DNA of 64,000 nucleotides, taken from contig OX597822.1 in the NCBI GenBank assembly GCA_951406725.2, positions 19,406,001 to 19,470,000 on the forward strand, read 5' to 3'. Within the stretch, counting starts at the first letter, position 1, and the number at the start of each line of letters is the position of its first letter. Positions 1 to 11,067 of the stretch are shown piece by piece. The notes under the pieces are model-generated. The model did not search any database, was not told the DNA's origin, and saw only the letters and a program-made list of their open reading frames with translations. Both the position numbers and the translations under genes were made by a program. Source of the DNA: Octopus vulgaris. Taxonomy: Eukaryota.

Positions 1-1230
1 CTTGTATTTTTCAAAAGTAAGATAAACAAAGTTCTCCTTAATCTAAAATATACTTCCCTTCATTTTCCCCAATGCTCTTCTATCTATCTGGTAGACTTGC
101 AAGGCTCTTCTTCCAAAATTCACTTGTCCGTGACAAAAAATACTCCTCCAGTACTGTTCCCACCTTGTCTACAGAATTCACATTTTTTCCGTCCAAATGA
201 TTTTGTAGAATGCGGAATAAATGGTAATCAGATGGGGCAATGTCCAGCAAATATGGTGGGTGGGGCATTGTTTCCCATTCAAACTGCACCAGCCTTTGGA
301 ATGTCATCCTCACTGTATGTGGCCAAGCATTGTCTTGATGGAAGACGACCTTTCGTCTTGAAACCAAAGATGGTCGTTTTTCTTCTAGCGCTGACTTAAG
401 TCACTCAAGCTGCTCGCAGTAGATCTCCTTTGTTATCATTTGGTTTGGGTATAAAACTTCAAAGTAGACTAAACCTTTCATAACCCACCTAACAGATAAC
501 AATACCTTACATGTGTGAAGACCTTCTTTAGCCTGGGGTGCCAGTGTTTCTCCTTTCCTTGCCCACTGTCTTTGGTGCTTGACATTTTTATAGAGATCCC
601 ATTTCTTGTCACCAATCACTATTTGGTCCAAAAATGGTTCATTCATGAGATGTGACAGCAAAGACGAGCACACATTCATGCAATTAGACTCAGAAAGTTT
701 GTGAGGAGACCATTGACCCAATTCAATGACTTTTCTGATGGTACACAGGTGTTGATAAATGGTTGAAAGACCAAACCCAAGCTTCTCTGCTAGTTCCTCA
801 ACAGTTAAAATGAGATTTTGTTCCACCAGAATTTGCAGGACATCCTCATTGAGCTCTACAGATTTTCCAGGAAAAGCTCATCTTCCAGGCTGTAGTTTCC
901 AGCTCTGAATTTCTGGAACCACTGTTGACACTGGCTTACGCTTACTGTCCGATCCCCATATACTGCATTAATATTCTTCACACTTTCGGTTGTGTTGTTG
1001 CCTTTAAACTCAATAAGCAAAATATGCTGAATATGCACCGTTGTCACTTCCATTAGAGCTTTGAAAAAATAATTGTTAAAATCGAACTTCACTCTTCAAA
1101 ACTTGCACTAAGAATAAAAGGTAAATTACTACCTGCTTTTATAGCAAGTTGATGCAGGTAGTTTATCCTGTTCTCTCAGACTTTTAGTTCATGGAATTGA
1201 AAAAACTCCATTATTTATAGGATGACCCAA
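1..1230 (-). mobile_element. Mariner (DD34D) DNA transposon, decayed; transposase split across three ORFs; 5' TIR at about 1203-1230 followed by TA
   Basis: ORFs 856-1092, 401-826 and 80-367 carry the mariner motifs WSPHKL (WVPHEL), IVIGDKKW (TGDEKW), FHQDNAWPH and HPPYLLDIAPSDYHLF. The minus-strand terminus TA|TTGGGTCATCCTATAAATAATG is mariner-like. The other TIR lies outside the window. Confidence 0.92.
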
Positions 1231-1309
1231 TATTATATATATACACATACATGTGATGGTGGTGGGTGTATGTACACACACACACACACATGCGCACACA
1301 CACACACAC

Positions 1310-1380
<71 letters not shown>

Positions 1381-1389
1381 CATATAGAT

Positions 1390-2040
1390 AGTTGAAATTT
1401 ACAGAAAAACAAAAGACAAAGACAGGTGTATGAACAACAAGCAGGGGTATTTGGCATTTGGGAAATTGAGAAAGTCTTTTACGTTTCAATCCAAGGAATA
1501 ACAGAATACAAACAGAGAGAGAATAAAAAAACTTGTAGATTTAGTGATCAAGCATGGCAACTGGTTGGGAAAAGAGAGGTTTGACAGGAGAGGTAGAAAG
1601 AAGGGGAGATGATAAAGTATTGGTGATCCCAAAACAAAGGTGCACATGCATGTGTGTATGTGAGAATGTGTAAGTGTGTGTGTGTGTGGATAGGGGCTAA
1701 TGTCTTAGATGTATGGATGTGTGTGTGGATGATGGTGTGTGGGTCTGCAGATGATGGTGTGTGGTGTGGGTACTGGGAAGTGGTCAGTGCTGGTGTGTGT
1801 GGAGTGGTGTGATGCAATGTGGCGATAGGGTGGGGTGGGACGGGGGTGTGGGGGTATATGTTAGGGGTGTGTGGGTGTAAGGTGTGGATGGAGGGGGTAT
1901 CATTGAAGAGAGAATGTGGATAGGAGTGAAGAGAGGAAGTAGGTCTCAGAGCAAGAGAGGAGAGGAGGGGAGTTGAGCCCATGTTCACAGCAAAGGCAGG
2001 AGTCTGGAAGATCCCTGTGCAAAGACAATCTGAAGACAGA
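1390..2040 (-). mobile_element. Probable Penelope-like element 3' relic (endonuclease C-terminal ...HGLN, low-complexity UTR, half hammerhead GAAACGTAAAAGAC)
   Basis: Minus strand reads SVFRLSLHRDLPDSC...EHGLNS, resembling the P/H-GLN end of Penelope GIY-YIG domains. A CA-rich tract follows, then GAAACGTA-AAAGAC at about 1473-1487. Confidence 0.45.
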
Positions 2041-2453
2041 CATATTTATATGAATACATACATTTATATATATATATATATAGATAGATAGATACACATA
2101 GGGAAGGACTCCAAAAGGGGTCTCTGAGAGTAGTGTCCCGCCTTCCTGAGCTAGTTTTCAACCACATTTCTCAAAAATCATGGTAGAGGCCTTGGTCTCG
2201 GGACCACTCATGTCTAGAAACAGAGGTTGGGGGTAATTAAGGGTATACTCTCCATAGAAAATCCAGCTTCAAAAAAGCCTCATAATAGCAAAGGGGAACG
2301 GACACCAGCCAGCCTAAAGGTTGGGGTGGGTTGCACCTGCCTACCTCAGTTGCTATGGCATTGAGGTAGATCTGGCCACCCCCATTAGCAGGGACAAAAC
2401 CTGGATTTAAAACACTGGATGATGATGATGATGTATGTATATATATATATATA

Positions 2454-2760
2454 TCACGTGACCACATGACCGACCAGACCATCAGATGTTGTTACACATC
2501 GCTGGTCACAATGCGTTCACATTGTTTTAGCCTTTCGAATGACGCCACCCTGCTGGCTAAGCGAGCAGGCCAACAGAAGAAAGAGTGAAAGAAAGAGTGG
2601 TGAAAGAGTACAGCAGAGATCACCACCCCCTGCCGGAGCCTCGTGGAGCTTTTAAGGTGTTTTCGCTCAATAAACTCTCACAACGCCCAGTCTGGGAATC
2701 GAAACCACGATCCTACAACCGTGAGTCCGCTGTCCTAACCACTGGGCCATTGCGCCTCCA
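2454..2760 (-). mobile_element. tRNA-derived SINE (family A)
   Basis: Minus-strand head TGGAGGCGCAATGGCCCAGTGGTTAGG (A box) ... GGTTTCGATTCC (B box). Closely similar copy at 12753-13045. Flanked by (TA)n. Confidence 0.85.
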
Positions 2761-2772
2761 CATATATATATA

Positions 2773-3030
2773 TAGGCAGTATATAGGCCATACAAAAAAC
2801 AGCTTACGTAAAAGGATGGCGGTGCATAGATCCCAAATTAGAAACCCTGAATACCGGAAAATACCAGTCAGCGGACACATAGATAGATGTGCTTCAAATA
2901 AAAGTCCGAAATTTACAACAAATTCAGTGACAGCATAACCTTCACTCAACGCCAAAATAAAGAACTTTATTTCATTAAAAAATTTAGACCAAGTTTGAAC
3001 ACCCTGGGCCAAGAATATTAAAACAAAACA
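2773..3030 (+). pseudogene. GIY-YIG endonuclease fragment of a Penelope-like retroelement
   Basis: Translation QYIGHTKNSLRKRMAVHRSQI...VSGHIDRC matches the YIG-T-x-x-L-x-x-R-x-x-x-H pattern of PLE endonucleases; frameshifted or truncated downstream. Confidence 0.7.
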
Positions 3031-3056
3031 TTGGTCTTCCGAAAAGAAAAATGGAA

Positions 3057-3560
3057 TTCTACCACAACCACCACGATCACTACGACTGCTTCCACTATCA
3101 CTGCTACTACAACCATCGTGGTCACTACTATTGCTGCTACGATCAACAGTCCTCCACTACTGCTTCTGCTACTACGGCCACAGCTAAACTGCTACAACCC
3201 CAACCACCACCATGGTTACCACTACTACGACCAACAGTAACTGCTACTACTGCCATCTCAGCCACTGGTCATCCCACTGCCACAGCTGAGCTGCTGCAAC
3301 CCCAAACACCACCACGGTTACTACTACTACAACTAACAATCGCTACTGCTGCTACCATTTCAGTCGCGGGTCATTCTAACACAAGAAAGCTAAAAAACAG
3401 CCACGTGGATCCCGTTGATACCAGCAAGAAACAATAATGAACTTCTTTACTACACTCAACTTGAAATTTATAGCTATTATACCTACTACCGACAAAACAC
3501 CACCACATGGATTCTATTGAGACCAGTAAGAAACAATCATGAACTTTTCTATTACACTTT
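3057..3560 (+). repeat. Degenerate (ACT/ACC)n tract with about 100-bp and 65-bp tandem duplications, probably the PLE 3' UTR
   Basis: CCACAGCT...CCATGGTTAC...GGTCAT occurs at about 3178 and 3280. AAAACA...TGGAT...AAGAAACAAT...TACACT occurs at about 3394 and 3495. Confidence 0.7.
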
Positions 3561-3757
3561 ACTTTTTAAAATATTTTTGATAAGGTTCGTTTTTTCAAGA
3601 TGTAAAATTCATAAGAAAATTAAAATTGATATAATATAGTGGCGTTTTCAAACTTCTTTTTTACAAATATATACCCACTCGTACACGATCTACTCTTATT
3701 ATAAATATATATATATATATATATAGTTCTATATTTAAGAGATAAGGAATTATGTAC

Positions 3758-3968
3758 ATTATTTACAATTGATGTATATTTGTCCTCATCTTGTTTGTTG
3801 TTAACATGTTTCAGCTGATATACCCTCCAACCTTCATCAAGTGTCTTGGGGAAATTTCAAACCTGGTTCTCATTCCTAAAGACACCTGATGAAGGCTAGA
3901 GGGTATAGCTGAAATGTTGTGTTAACAACAAGCAAGATGAAGACAAATATCCATCAATTGTAAATAAT
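3758..3968. ncRNA. Fold-back element with a minimal type I hammerhead ribozyme motif in each arm
   Basis: Arms 3758-3852 and 3873-3968 are inverted copies. + arm: GACAC CTGATGA A GGCTA-gagggta-TAGCT GAAA TGTT GTGTT (3881-3923). - arm: GACAC TTGATGA ... GAAACATGTT. Confidence 0.75.
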
Positions 3969-3989
3969 CTAAATAATGTGTGTAGTGTG

Positions 3990-4024
<35 letters not shown>

Positions 4025-4056
4025 ATGTATGTATAGATAGGTAGATAGATAGATAG

Positions 4057-4834
4057 ATTAAGGAATGGAGTTAACCGCAGGTGTTATTCAATTCTTTATA
4101 CTTCTGACATATATTTCGAAGAAAACATTGATATTATTCTGGAAGGAATAAAATGATGTAAAACAATGCAATCATCTCATCAAGGAAAAAAAGAGAAACA
4201 CAATACATTTTAATCAAATTCCAAATCAAATTGTTTATTATGAAATATTCTATCTAAATCCTTCCCATATGATAAAGGTAAATCTTTTGTCTGCTGTGTA
4301 ATGAAGAACAATATCTCATTCTGTTCTTGGAGAATTCTCTTGTAAACACATTTAAAGAACATGTTTATCATTGCAAACATTGGCAAAAACATACCTTTCT
4401 ATAAGTAATTTCTACCAATCTATAAAATTCAACCTTTAACTGTCTTTTTACATTTCATTTCCACTAAATATATCTATTTCCATGCTTTTAAGCTTTATTC
4501 CCATTCATCTATCACAGTATATTTCTCCACTCTTAATTTTCTGTTAATTTCTTTCTCTCTCCTCCTCTTTCTCTAAATTGCCTTTGACATTAAATCTGTT
4601 AATGGTTTTTTAAAAAATAACTTGCCTGCATTGACTTCATCATATACGCGATAATCACATTCAGTTAAAATGACTTATTGATGTGTTTTGTTTCTCTTTT
4701 TTTTTTCCTGACAAGATGATTACATTGTTTTACATCATTTTATTCCCTCTGGAATAATATCAATATTTTCTTTGAAACATATGTCGGAGGTATAAAGATT
4801 TGAATAACACCTGTGTTTAACTCCATTTCTTAAT
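4057..4834. ncRNA. About 150-bp inverted repeats, each containing a long-helix-II hammerhead motif (- at 4101-4187, + at 4703-4790)
   Basis: + arm: TTC CTGACAA ... GAAA CATATG TC GGA. - arm: TTCC TTGATGA ... GAAA TATATG TC AGAA. The arms are inverted copies around a roughly 470-bp spacer. Confidence 0.7.
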
Positions 4835-4995
4835 TTATATATGTTACACAAAAACATTTCACTTAACCCTGCAATTTCTACCTTTACAAGTAAGCTGCAA
4901 CATTTTTGGCACTTATGTGAACTTTTGCTACCCTGATAACTATTTATTTATTTTTTCCGTGTTATTTGTACACATTGAAAAATAACACATACATT

Positions 4996-5060
<65 letters not shown>

Positions 5061-5074
5061 GTGTGTGTGTGTGT

Positions 5075-5520
5075 CGAATGAAGTCCATTGTTAAGATGAT
5101 GCTGGTTTGTTTCATGAATGCGAAAGGAATTGTCCACAAAGGATTTGTTCCTCCTGGTCAAACTTAAACCAAAAATTTTACTTGGCAGTATTAAAGTGTT
5201 TATGAGATGCGCTGAGATAAAAATACCATGACCTGTGGAAAAGTGGAGAGTGGTGGTTTCATCACAATAATGCACCTGTACACACTGCCTTGAGTGTGAG
5301 ACAGTTTTTGACCAAAAATGGCATGTCCCCACTTATCCACCCTCCCTATTCACCCAATCTTACTCCCTGCAACTTTTTTTTGTTCCCCCGAATGAAAAAT
5401 GTGGAAGATGTTAAAACCAAGATGTTAAAAAGCATCACTTCACAAGAATTCCAGGACTACTTCGAAACAGTGGAAAACACATCTGGATCAATATGCATAT
5501 TCAGCACAACAAAACAAATC
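5075..5520 (+). mobile_element. Mariner transposase relic (second family, internal fragment)
   Basis: Frames give NQKFYLAVL...WWFHHNNAPVHTALSVRQFLTKNGM...HPPYSPNLTPCNFFLFPRMK, with stops and deletions. Confidence 0.88.
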
Positions 5521-6174
5521 AAATCAATTTAGCAAATTATTGAAATGAAATATTTTAGTCATTTATAACTTGAGAATAAACCATATTTTTTATAAGAGTC
5601 CTCTTTTACTTCCCATACATACAAACAGTAATGGCACGCTCTCATGTATGCCCATTTTCCAAACATTGATAAGTTTGACAGGTCATCATAATTCAGATCA
5701 TTTCTTATTCTAAGGTACTACTCTCAAAGACTAGTCAGAAGACAACATTTTAATCATACCTTCATTTACCCCATTTACACTGATCTGTTTACTATAAAAA
5801 TTCATTTATTGAATTGTCAAGCAATTAAAAAAACTATCATGTAGATGAGGAAACCCTTTGGATTGAAAAAGTCCAAAGTCTTCCTGTAGGACTCAAACCT
5901 ACATTTTCTCTGATCATGACAGATGTTCTGCCATTATACTAAAGCAACCCTTCAAATTTCCTCCATCTGCTTTAGAAACTTTATCCTTACCAGCGAGAAT
6001 CATATGTTGCTCATCTCATATGATTTTAAAAACTTCTAAAGATGTAAAATAAGTCATTTATCTATTCTGAGTTTCACTGTTAAAAGACAATTTATTTCAT
6101 AGTTTTCAATGTTTCTAAGTTCTTATCATGTAAACAACATATGATTCTCAGTGGTAGGAACAAAGCTTCTAAAG

Positions 6175-6556
6175 TATCGTCATCAACATTTAATACTTGT
6201 TTTCCATACAGGCATGGGTTGGATAGCTTAACAGGAACTGACAAGGCCAGGGCTCACATCTGGTTCCATAGTTTGTTTTTGATTGGTTTCTATGGCTGGA
6301 TGCCCTTCCTAATGCCAACCACTCCAAAGAGTGTTTATTGGGTGCTTTTAACATGGCACCATCACAAGTGCTTTTTTACGTGGCACCAGTACCACAGCTT
6401 TTTATATGGTACTAACACTTAGACCAGTGATTTTTAGTGGCACCTTGGTTTTAGGATCTCAATTCTGGGATGTCTTCTTAAGCACAGCAATGCATCACAT
6501 ATTTTAGTCCTTTGTCATCTCCTTTATAAAGTTCAGCATTTTGAGATCAGCCTTCA
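6175..6556 (-). mobile_element. RTE-clade LINE 3' end fragment
   Basis: Same 3' UTR (GGAAGGGCATCCAGC...AACCCATGC...GATGA tail) and ORF end as the + copy at 22885-23320. Confidence 0.65.
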
Positions 6557-6767
6557 AAGAGTTGCTTTGATATAATGTTAGAAGGTTTGTTATGTTTACA
6601 GAAGATGTGGGTTTGAGTCTCATGGGCAGCCTTCAGCTTCTTCCAGCCAAAGAATTTTCTAGCCTAATGTTCTAAACATTATCATTCAAAGCTTTATCTA
6701 CTTTGAGTTTCACCATGTAAAATGTATGTGTGTATCTTTTGAAGTTTCTAAATTCTTATGGTCTGAG

Positions 6768-7135
6768 GTGTGGCTGTGTCGTTAAAGATTTTACTTCCCA
6801 ACTTTGTCATCTTGGGTTCAGTCACACTGCACAGCACTGTGCCTCCTAGTATAGCCCTAGGCTAACTAAAGTCTTGTGAGTGGATTTGGTAAGTGGAAAC
6901 TAAAAGAAAATCTTCATGTGTGTGTGTGTTGTATTTACCCCTCACCACCACTTGACAACGGGTATTGGTTTGTTTGCATTGCTGAAACTTAGTGGTTTGG
7001 CATAAGAGACAGATAAAATAAGTACCAGACTTTAAAAAATAAGTGTCAGGGTTGATTTGTTTGACTAAGCCCTTCAGGGTGGTGCCCCAGCATGGCCACA
7101 GTGCAATGAATAAAACAAGTAAAAGGTAAAAGATT
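6768..7135 (+). mobile_element. tRNA-derived SINE (family B, octopus OK/OR-type), diverged
   Basis: Shares GTGGCTGTG...GGTTCAGTC...GTGAGTGGATTTGGTA...CCAGCATGGCC...ACAAGTAAAAG with many copies in the window. Confidence 0.8.
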
Positions 7136-7536
7136 AAAAAAAAAATTTTTTAAATACACCAGAATCTGAATGTCATTAGTCTTTCAGAATTACTTGATCA
7201 CATTTAAATCATTCCATAAGATTGGTTTGTAAACATGAAGAATTGTCTTCTGCTATCTTAACTCATAATGAAACAGAAGCTTCCGGAATCATTTTATAGA
7301 TATCAAATTAAATAAATATTTGGTTTTATGTTATATTTTGCTAATTCTTCACACAAAATTGCAGAAAAAAATCATATACGATTAGCAAAAATTGACTTGC
7401 TTATGTAAATAACAGATCAGAGATTACATGAATTTGATGAAGTTTTGTTATTTCAAAGCGTTCAATTAAACGAATTATGCAATTAACCGGTAAGCATTTG
7501 AACAGAATTGACTGTACTTGCATATACATAAGTACC

Positions 7537-7539
7537 TAC

Positions 7540-7615
<76 letters not shown>

Positions 7616-7838
7616 GTCTGTCTATTTATCTATCAGTTATCTCTCTCTGTCTCTCTATCTTTCTATCCACCTATCTACCTGGATGTCTATCATTCTATCT
7701 ATCCATTTGTTTATCAGGCTGTATCTCAGTGTTTGTCTGCCTGCTTTTCTGTTTGTGCATTTGTCTTATTTATCTATCTATCTGTCTGTCTGTTTGTCTG
7801 TCTGCCTGTCTACCTGTCTGTCTGTCAATCTATCTATA
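7537..7838 (+). repeat. (CTAT)n/(CTGT)n microsatellite
   Basis: Visible directly in the sequence. Confidence 0.95.
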
Positions 7839-7845
7839 TACGTTG

Positions 7846-8205
7846 CCTGTGTGGTAAGTAGGTTGCTTACCAACCACATGGTTCCGAGTTCAGTTCCACT
7901 GCGTGGCACCTTGAGCAAGTTTCTTCTACTATCGCCTCAGGCTGACCAAAGCCTTGTGAGTGGATTTGGTAGATGGTATATATATGTGCATGTGTGTATG
8001 TTTGTGTGTCTGTGTTTGTCCCACAACATCACTTGACAATCAATGCTGGTGTGTTTACGTCCCTGTAACTTAGCGGTTTGGCAAAAGTGACTGATAGAAT
8101 ACGTACTAGGCTTACAAAGAATAAGTCCTGGGATCAATGTCTTCAATTAAAGGTAGTGCTCCAGCATGGCCACAGTCAAATGACTGAAACAAGTAACAGA
8201 ATGAA
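7846..8205 (+). mobile_element. tRNA-derived SINE (family B)
   Basis: Full head-body-tail similarity to 23543-23952. Confidence 0.88.
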
Positions 8206-9313
8206 AGAGTGTGTGTGTGTGGGTGTGGTGTACAGGAATCTCTCGCTTTGCTGAAGTAATGGGTACCTTAAATTCTGACCGTAACCCGAAATTCTGTTAC
8301 AAGAAATTAATTTTCCCATTAGTTTCCATATCAAGTAAGAGTGTGTTTCTATAGACATTTTCAAAAGAATAAAAATACAAAATGAAAAAAATATATATTG
8401 GATTATATAATATTTTATGGGTGAGTGAGTGAAAGAGAGAGAGGGGGGGGAATTTTGACAGTTAACTGAGATTCAGCAGAGTAGATGATAAGAGGGAACT
8501 GTAACCTGTGATCCATAAGTGAGTGAAAAACCAAAAGAAATATCCTGTTATCCTACTAAAGGAGGAAAAAAATGTCTTATATATACTACTATCCTACTAA
8601 ATATATCCTAATATCCTATGAAAGGAGGAAAATATTTTGAGTTCATCCACTTTGGAAAAGAAGATAATACTTAAGCAATTACATTGTCTTTCCGTTACAT
8701 CAATCAATCTGGGACACTTAAGTGTAACAATTGTCATCAACTTCTGTAGGAGCACGCATCACCAATAAAGAAATGATTGTGGAATGTAGTTTTGGATCCT
8801 TCAAACTTTGCAGTATTCAAATCCAAATGCCATAATCCTCCTGGCCTCCACTTTTGCTCAGTCTCATTTTGCATACTGTGATTTCCTTTTATGAAACCAA
8901 ATATGAGAATCAATTATAGAATTTTAGCTTAATTTATGTTTATTATATTATATATTTTACATATCTAGTATTTAAATTACTTAGACTTTACAATTTTTTC
9001 AGTTAATGGTTATATTAAAGTTAATTTTTTTCCTTATTTTTACAACTAAAATACATTTGTAATTTTAATAGCTTAAATACATATTTCTATCTATTTCTTC
9101 TATAAATTCTATTTATGCCATATTTTCACGTGATATATTTCTTATAAACACTAAGTTCTACATTTTACGTTTAAATATTTTGTTAATGAAAATACTTCGA
9201 TAAGTTATATTTTTATTTTAAGAAATATTGTTAAATGCTTTTCGATTATTTATAGTTAATACATGTATTTTTATATATTTATTTTATTATTTTTTTTAAT
9301 TATTTATTATCAT

Positions 9314-9433
9314 AGACCTGATGAGTGACTATATTTTTAAATAGAATTAATTTAGGTTCAATTTAATTTTAAATCGAATTGATTTTATTTTTATTATCTA
9401 TTTGAAAATATAGCCATGAAACGCGTGAAGTCT
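9314..9433 (+). ncRNA. Type I hammerhead motif with a 93-nt AU-rich helix II; cleavage triplet is GUG (non-permissive)
   Basis: AGAC CTGATGA [GTGACTATATTTTTAAATAG ... CTATTTGAAAATATAGCCAT] GAAA CGCG TG AA GTCT. Confidence 0.7.
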
Positions 9434-9572
9434 TTTTACTACTATTTACTATTTATTGTACTTTATTGATTTTTAGATTAAGATTTTTTTTATAGTATAT
9501 GTTTTCTATATAGTGTGAATAACATCTTTCTTTATTGAATTGTTTAATAGAGATTTTCTCTAAATTATATAC

Positions 9573-9709
9573 AGTGGCTTGCTTACCAACCACTTGGTTC
9601 CGGGTTGAGTCCCACTGCGTGGCACCTTGGGAAAGTGTCTTCTACTATAGCCTCGGGTCGACCAAAGCCTTGTGAGTGGATTTGGTAGACGGAGACTGAA
9701 AGAAGCCTG

Positions 9710-9769
<60 letters not shown>

Positions 9770-9976
9770 GTGTGTATGTTTGTGTGTCTGTGTTTGTCCC
9801 CCCAACATTGCTTGACAACCGATGCTGGTATGTTTACATCCCCGTTACTTAGCAGTTCGGCAAAAGAGACCAATAGAATAAGTACCAGGCTTACAAAGAA
9901 TAAGTCCTGGGGTCGATTTGCTCAACTAAAAAGACGGTGCTCCAGCATGGCTGCAGTCAAATGACTGAAACAAGTA
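9573..9976 (+). mobile_element. tRNA-derived SINE (family B)
   Basis: Family B sequence with an internal (TA)n. Confidence 0.88.
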
Positions 9977-9995
9977 CATACATACATACATATAA

Positions 9996-10236
9996 ATATA
10001 TAAATTAGAGAAAAACCACTATTATGCAATTCAAACAATAATAGACAAATCATAAATAAAAAATAAAATATATTTTAAAACATATAACTAGATCACAAAA
10101 AGTACAAGAATGAATAAACAATATATAATAAGTAAATAGTTATATTTTAAAATATATTTTATTTTTTATTTATGATTTGGTTTATGTCTATCATTGTTTG
10201 AATTGCATAATAGTGGTTTTTCTCTAATTTATATAT
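9996..10236. repeat. AT-rich fold-back with about 90-bp arms
   Basis: ATAAATTAGAGAAAAACCACTATTATGCAATTCAAACAAT... and ...ATTGTTTGAATTGCATAATAGTGGTTTTTCTCTAATTTAT are reverse complements. Confidence 0.85.
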
Positions 10237-10321
10237 ATTATATATTTATATTGTGAAATTTGATTTAATACTAAATTGAATTTTTCCCTGTAAGTTTGGA
10301 GTTATACTCCCTAATATTATT

Positions 10322-10595
10322 TGGCCGTTGCCAGCCTCGCCTGGCCCCCATGCCGGTGGCACGTAAAAAGCACCATCTGTCCGTGGCCGTTTGCCAGCTC
10401 CGTCTGGCACCTGTGCGGGTGGCACGTAAAAAGCACCCACTACACTCACGGAGTGGTTGGCGTTAGGAAGGGCATCCAGCCGTAGAAACACTGCCAGATC
10501 AGACTGGGCCTGATGCAGCCTTCTGGCTTCACAGACCCCAGTTGAACCGTCCAACCCATGCTAGCATGGAAAGCGGACGCTAAATGATGATGATG
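10322..10595 (+). mobile_element. RTE 3'-tail element with internal GGTGGCACGTAAAAAGCACC subrepeats and a (GAT)n tail
   Basis: Same tail as the RTE ORF end at 22885-23320. Other copies at 22670-22858, 25753-25892, 35725-36035(-), 39660-39800(-) and 57567-57925(-). Confidence 0.75.
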
Positions 10596-10606
10596 ATTAT
10601 TATTAT

Positions 10607-11003
10607 TCTATGTTTGACTTTTGCTTTATATTTGTACAAGTTGGCTCCAAGTCTCACCCAGAGACCTCAAGAGACAACAGGTTGGAAGTTCACGTTGTTG
10701 TTATGCCTAGTGTGCCATATATTTGGTTGTTTTTTGTGTTGTACTAGTGGATGTCTAAAAAAAAAAAATGTTTGTTTTAAACCTTGAGATTACATAGAAA
10801 GTATTTTGCGTAGGATATGAGCAGTTCCCATGAGCACTATCTTTTGAATTTCTGCCATTTTTGGGTTTCCTGGTATCTGAGTTAGGTAGCAATCAGCCCC
10901 TTTTGCTATCATTCCCAGGGCACCTATGACAACAGGTATTGTTTTAGTCTTCAGGTTCCACATTTTGCTGATTTCTATTTCAAGATCTTTATATTTGCTT
11001 TCA
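10607..11003 (-). mobile_element. 5'-truncated Dong/R4-type (restriction-like endonuclease) non-LTR retrotransposon in a (TAA)n tract
   Basis: SKYKDLEIEISKMWNLKTKTIPVVIGALG...IQKIVLMGTAHILRKIL matches the RLE C-terminus of R4/Dong elements. (ATT)n tracts flank both sides (10596-10607, 11004-11058). Confidence 0.8.
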
Positions 11004-11064
<61 letters not shown>

Positions 11065-11067
11065 AAA

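Noticed and set aside
1189-1489. YIYIYI/VCVC/HTHT-type ORFs here and throughout the window
   Set aside because: They are translations of (TA)n, (CA)n, (CTAT)n and (CAT)n microsatellites.
5878-5952. tRNA-like sequence on the minus strand (also 6558-6635 on +)
   Set aside because: No proper cloverleaf or acceptor stem; these are decayed SINE heads rather than tRNA genes.
8245-8305. CTGAAGT...GGGT/ACCC-GAAA...TTA-CAAG hammerhead-like arrangement
   Set aside because: Core mismatch and no helix III pairing.
10340-10440. Repeated GGTGGCACGTAAAAAGCACC units with variable spacers (also 35890-36035 and 57730-57925), CRISPR-like in appearance
   Set aside because: They are internal subrepeats of the RTE 3' UTR in a eukaryotic genome; the spacers are related to each other and there are no cas genes.
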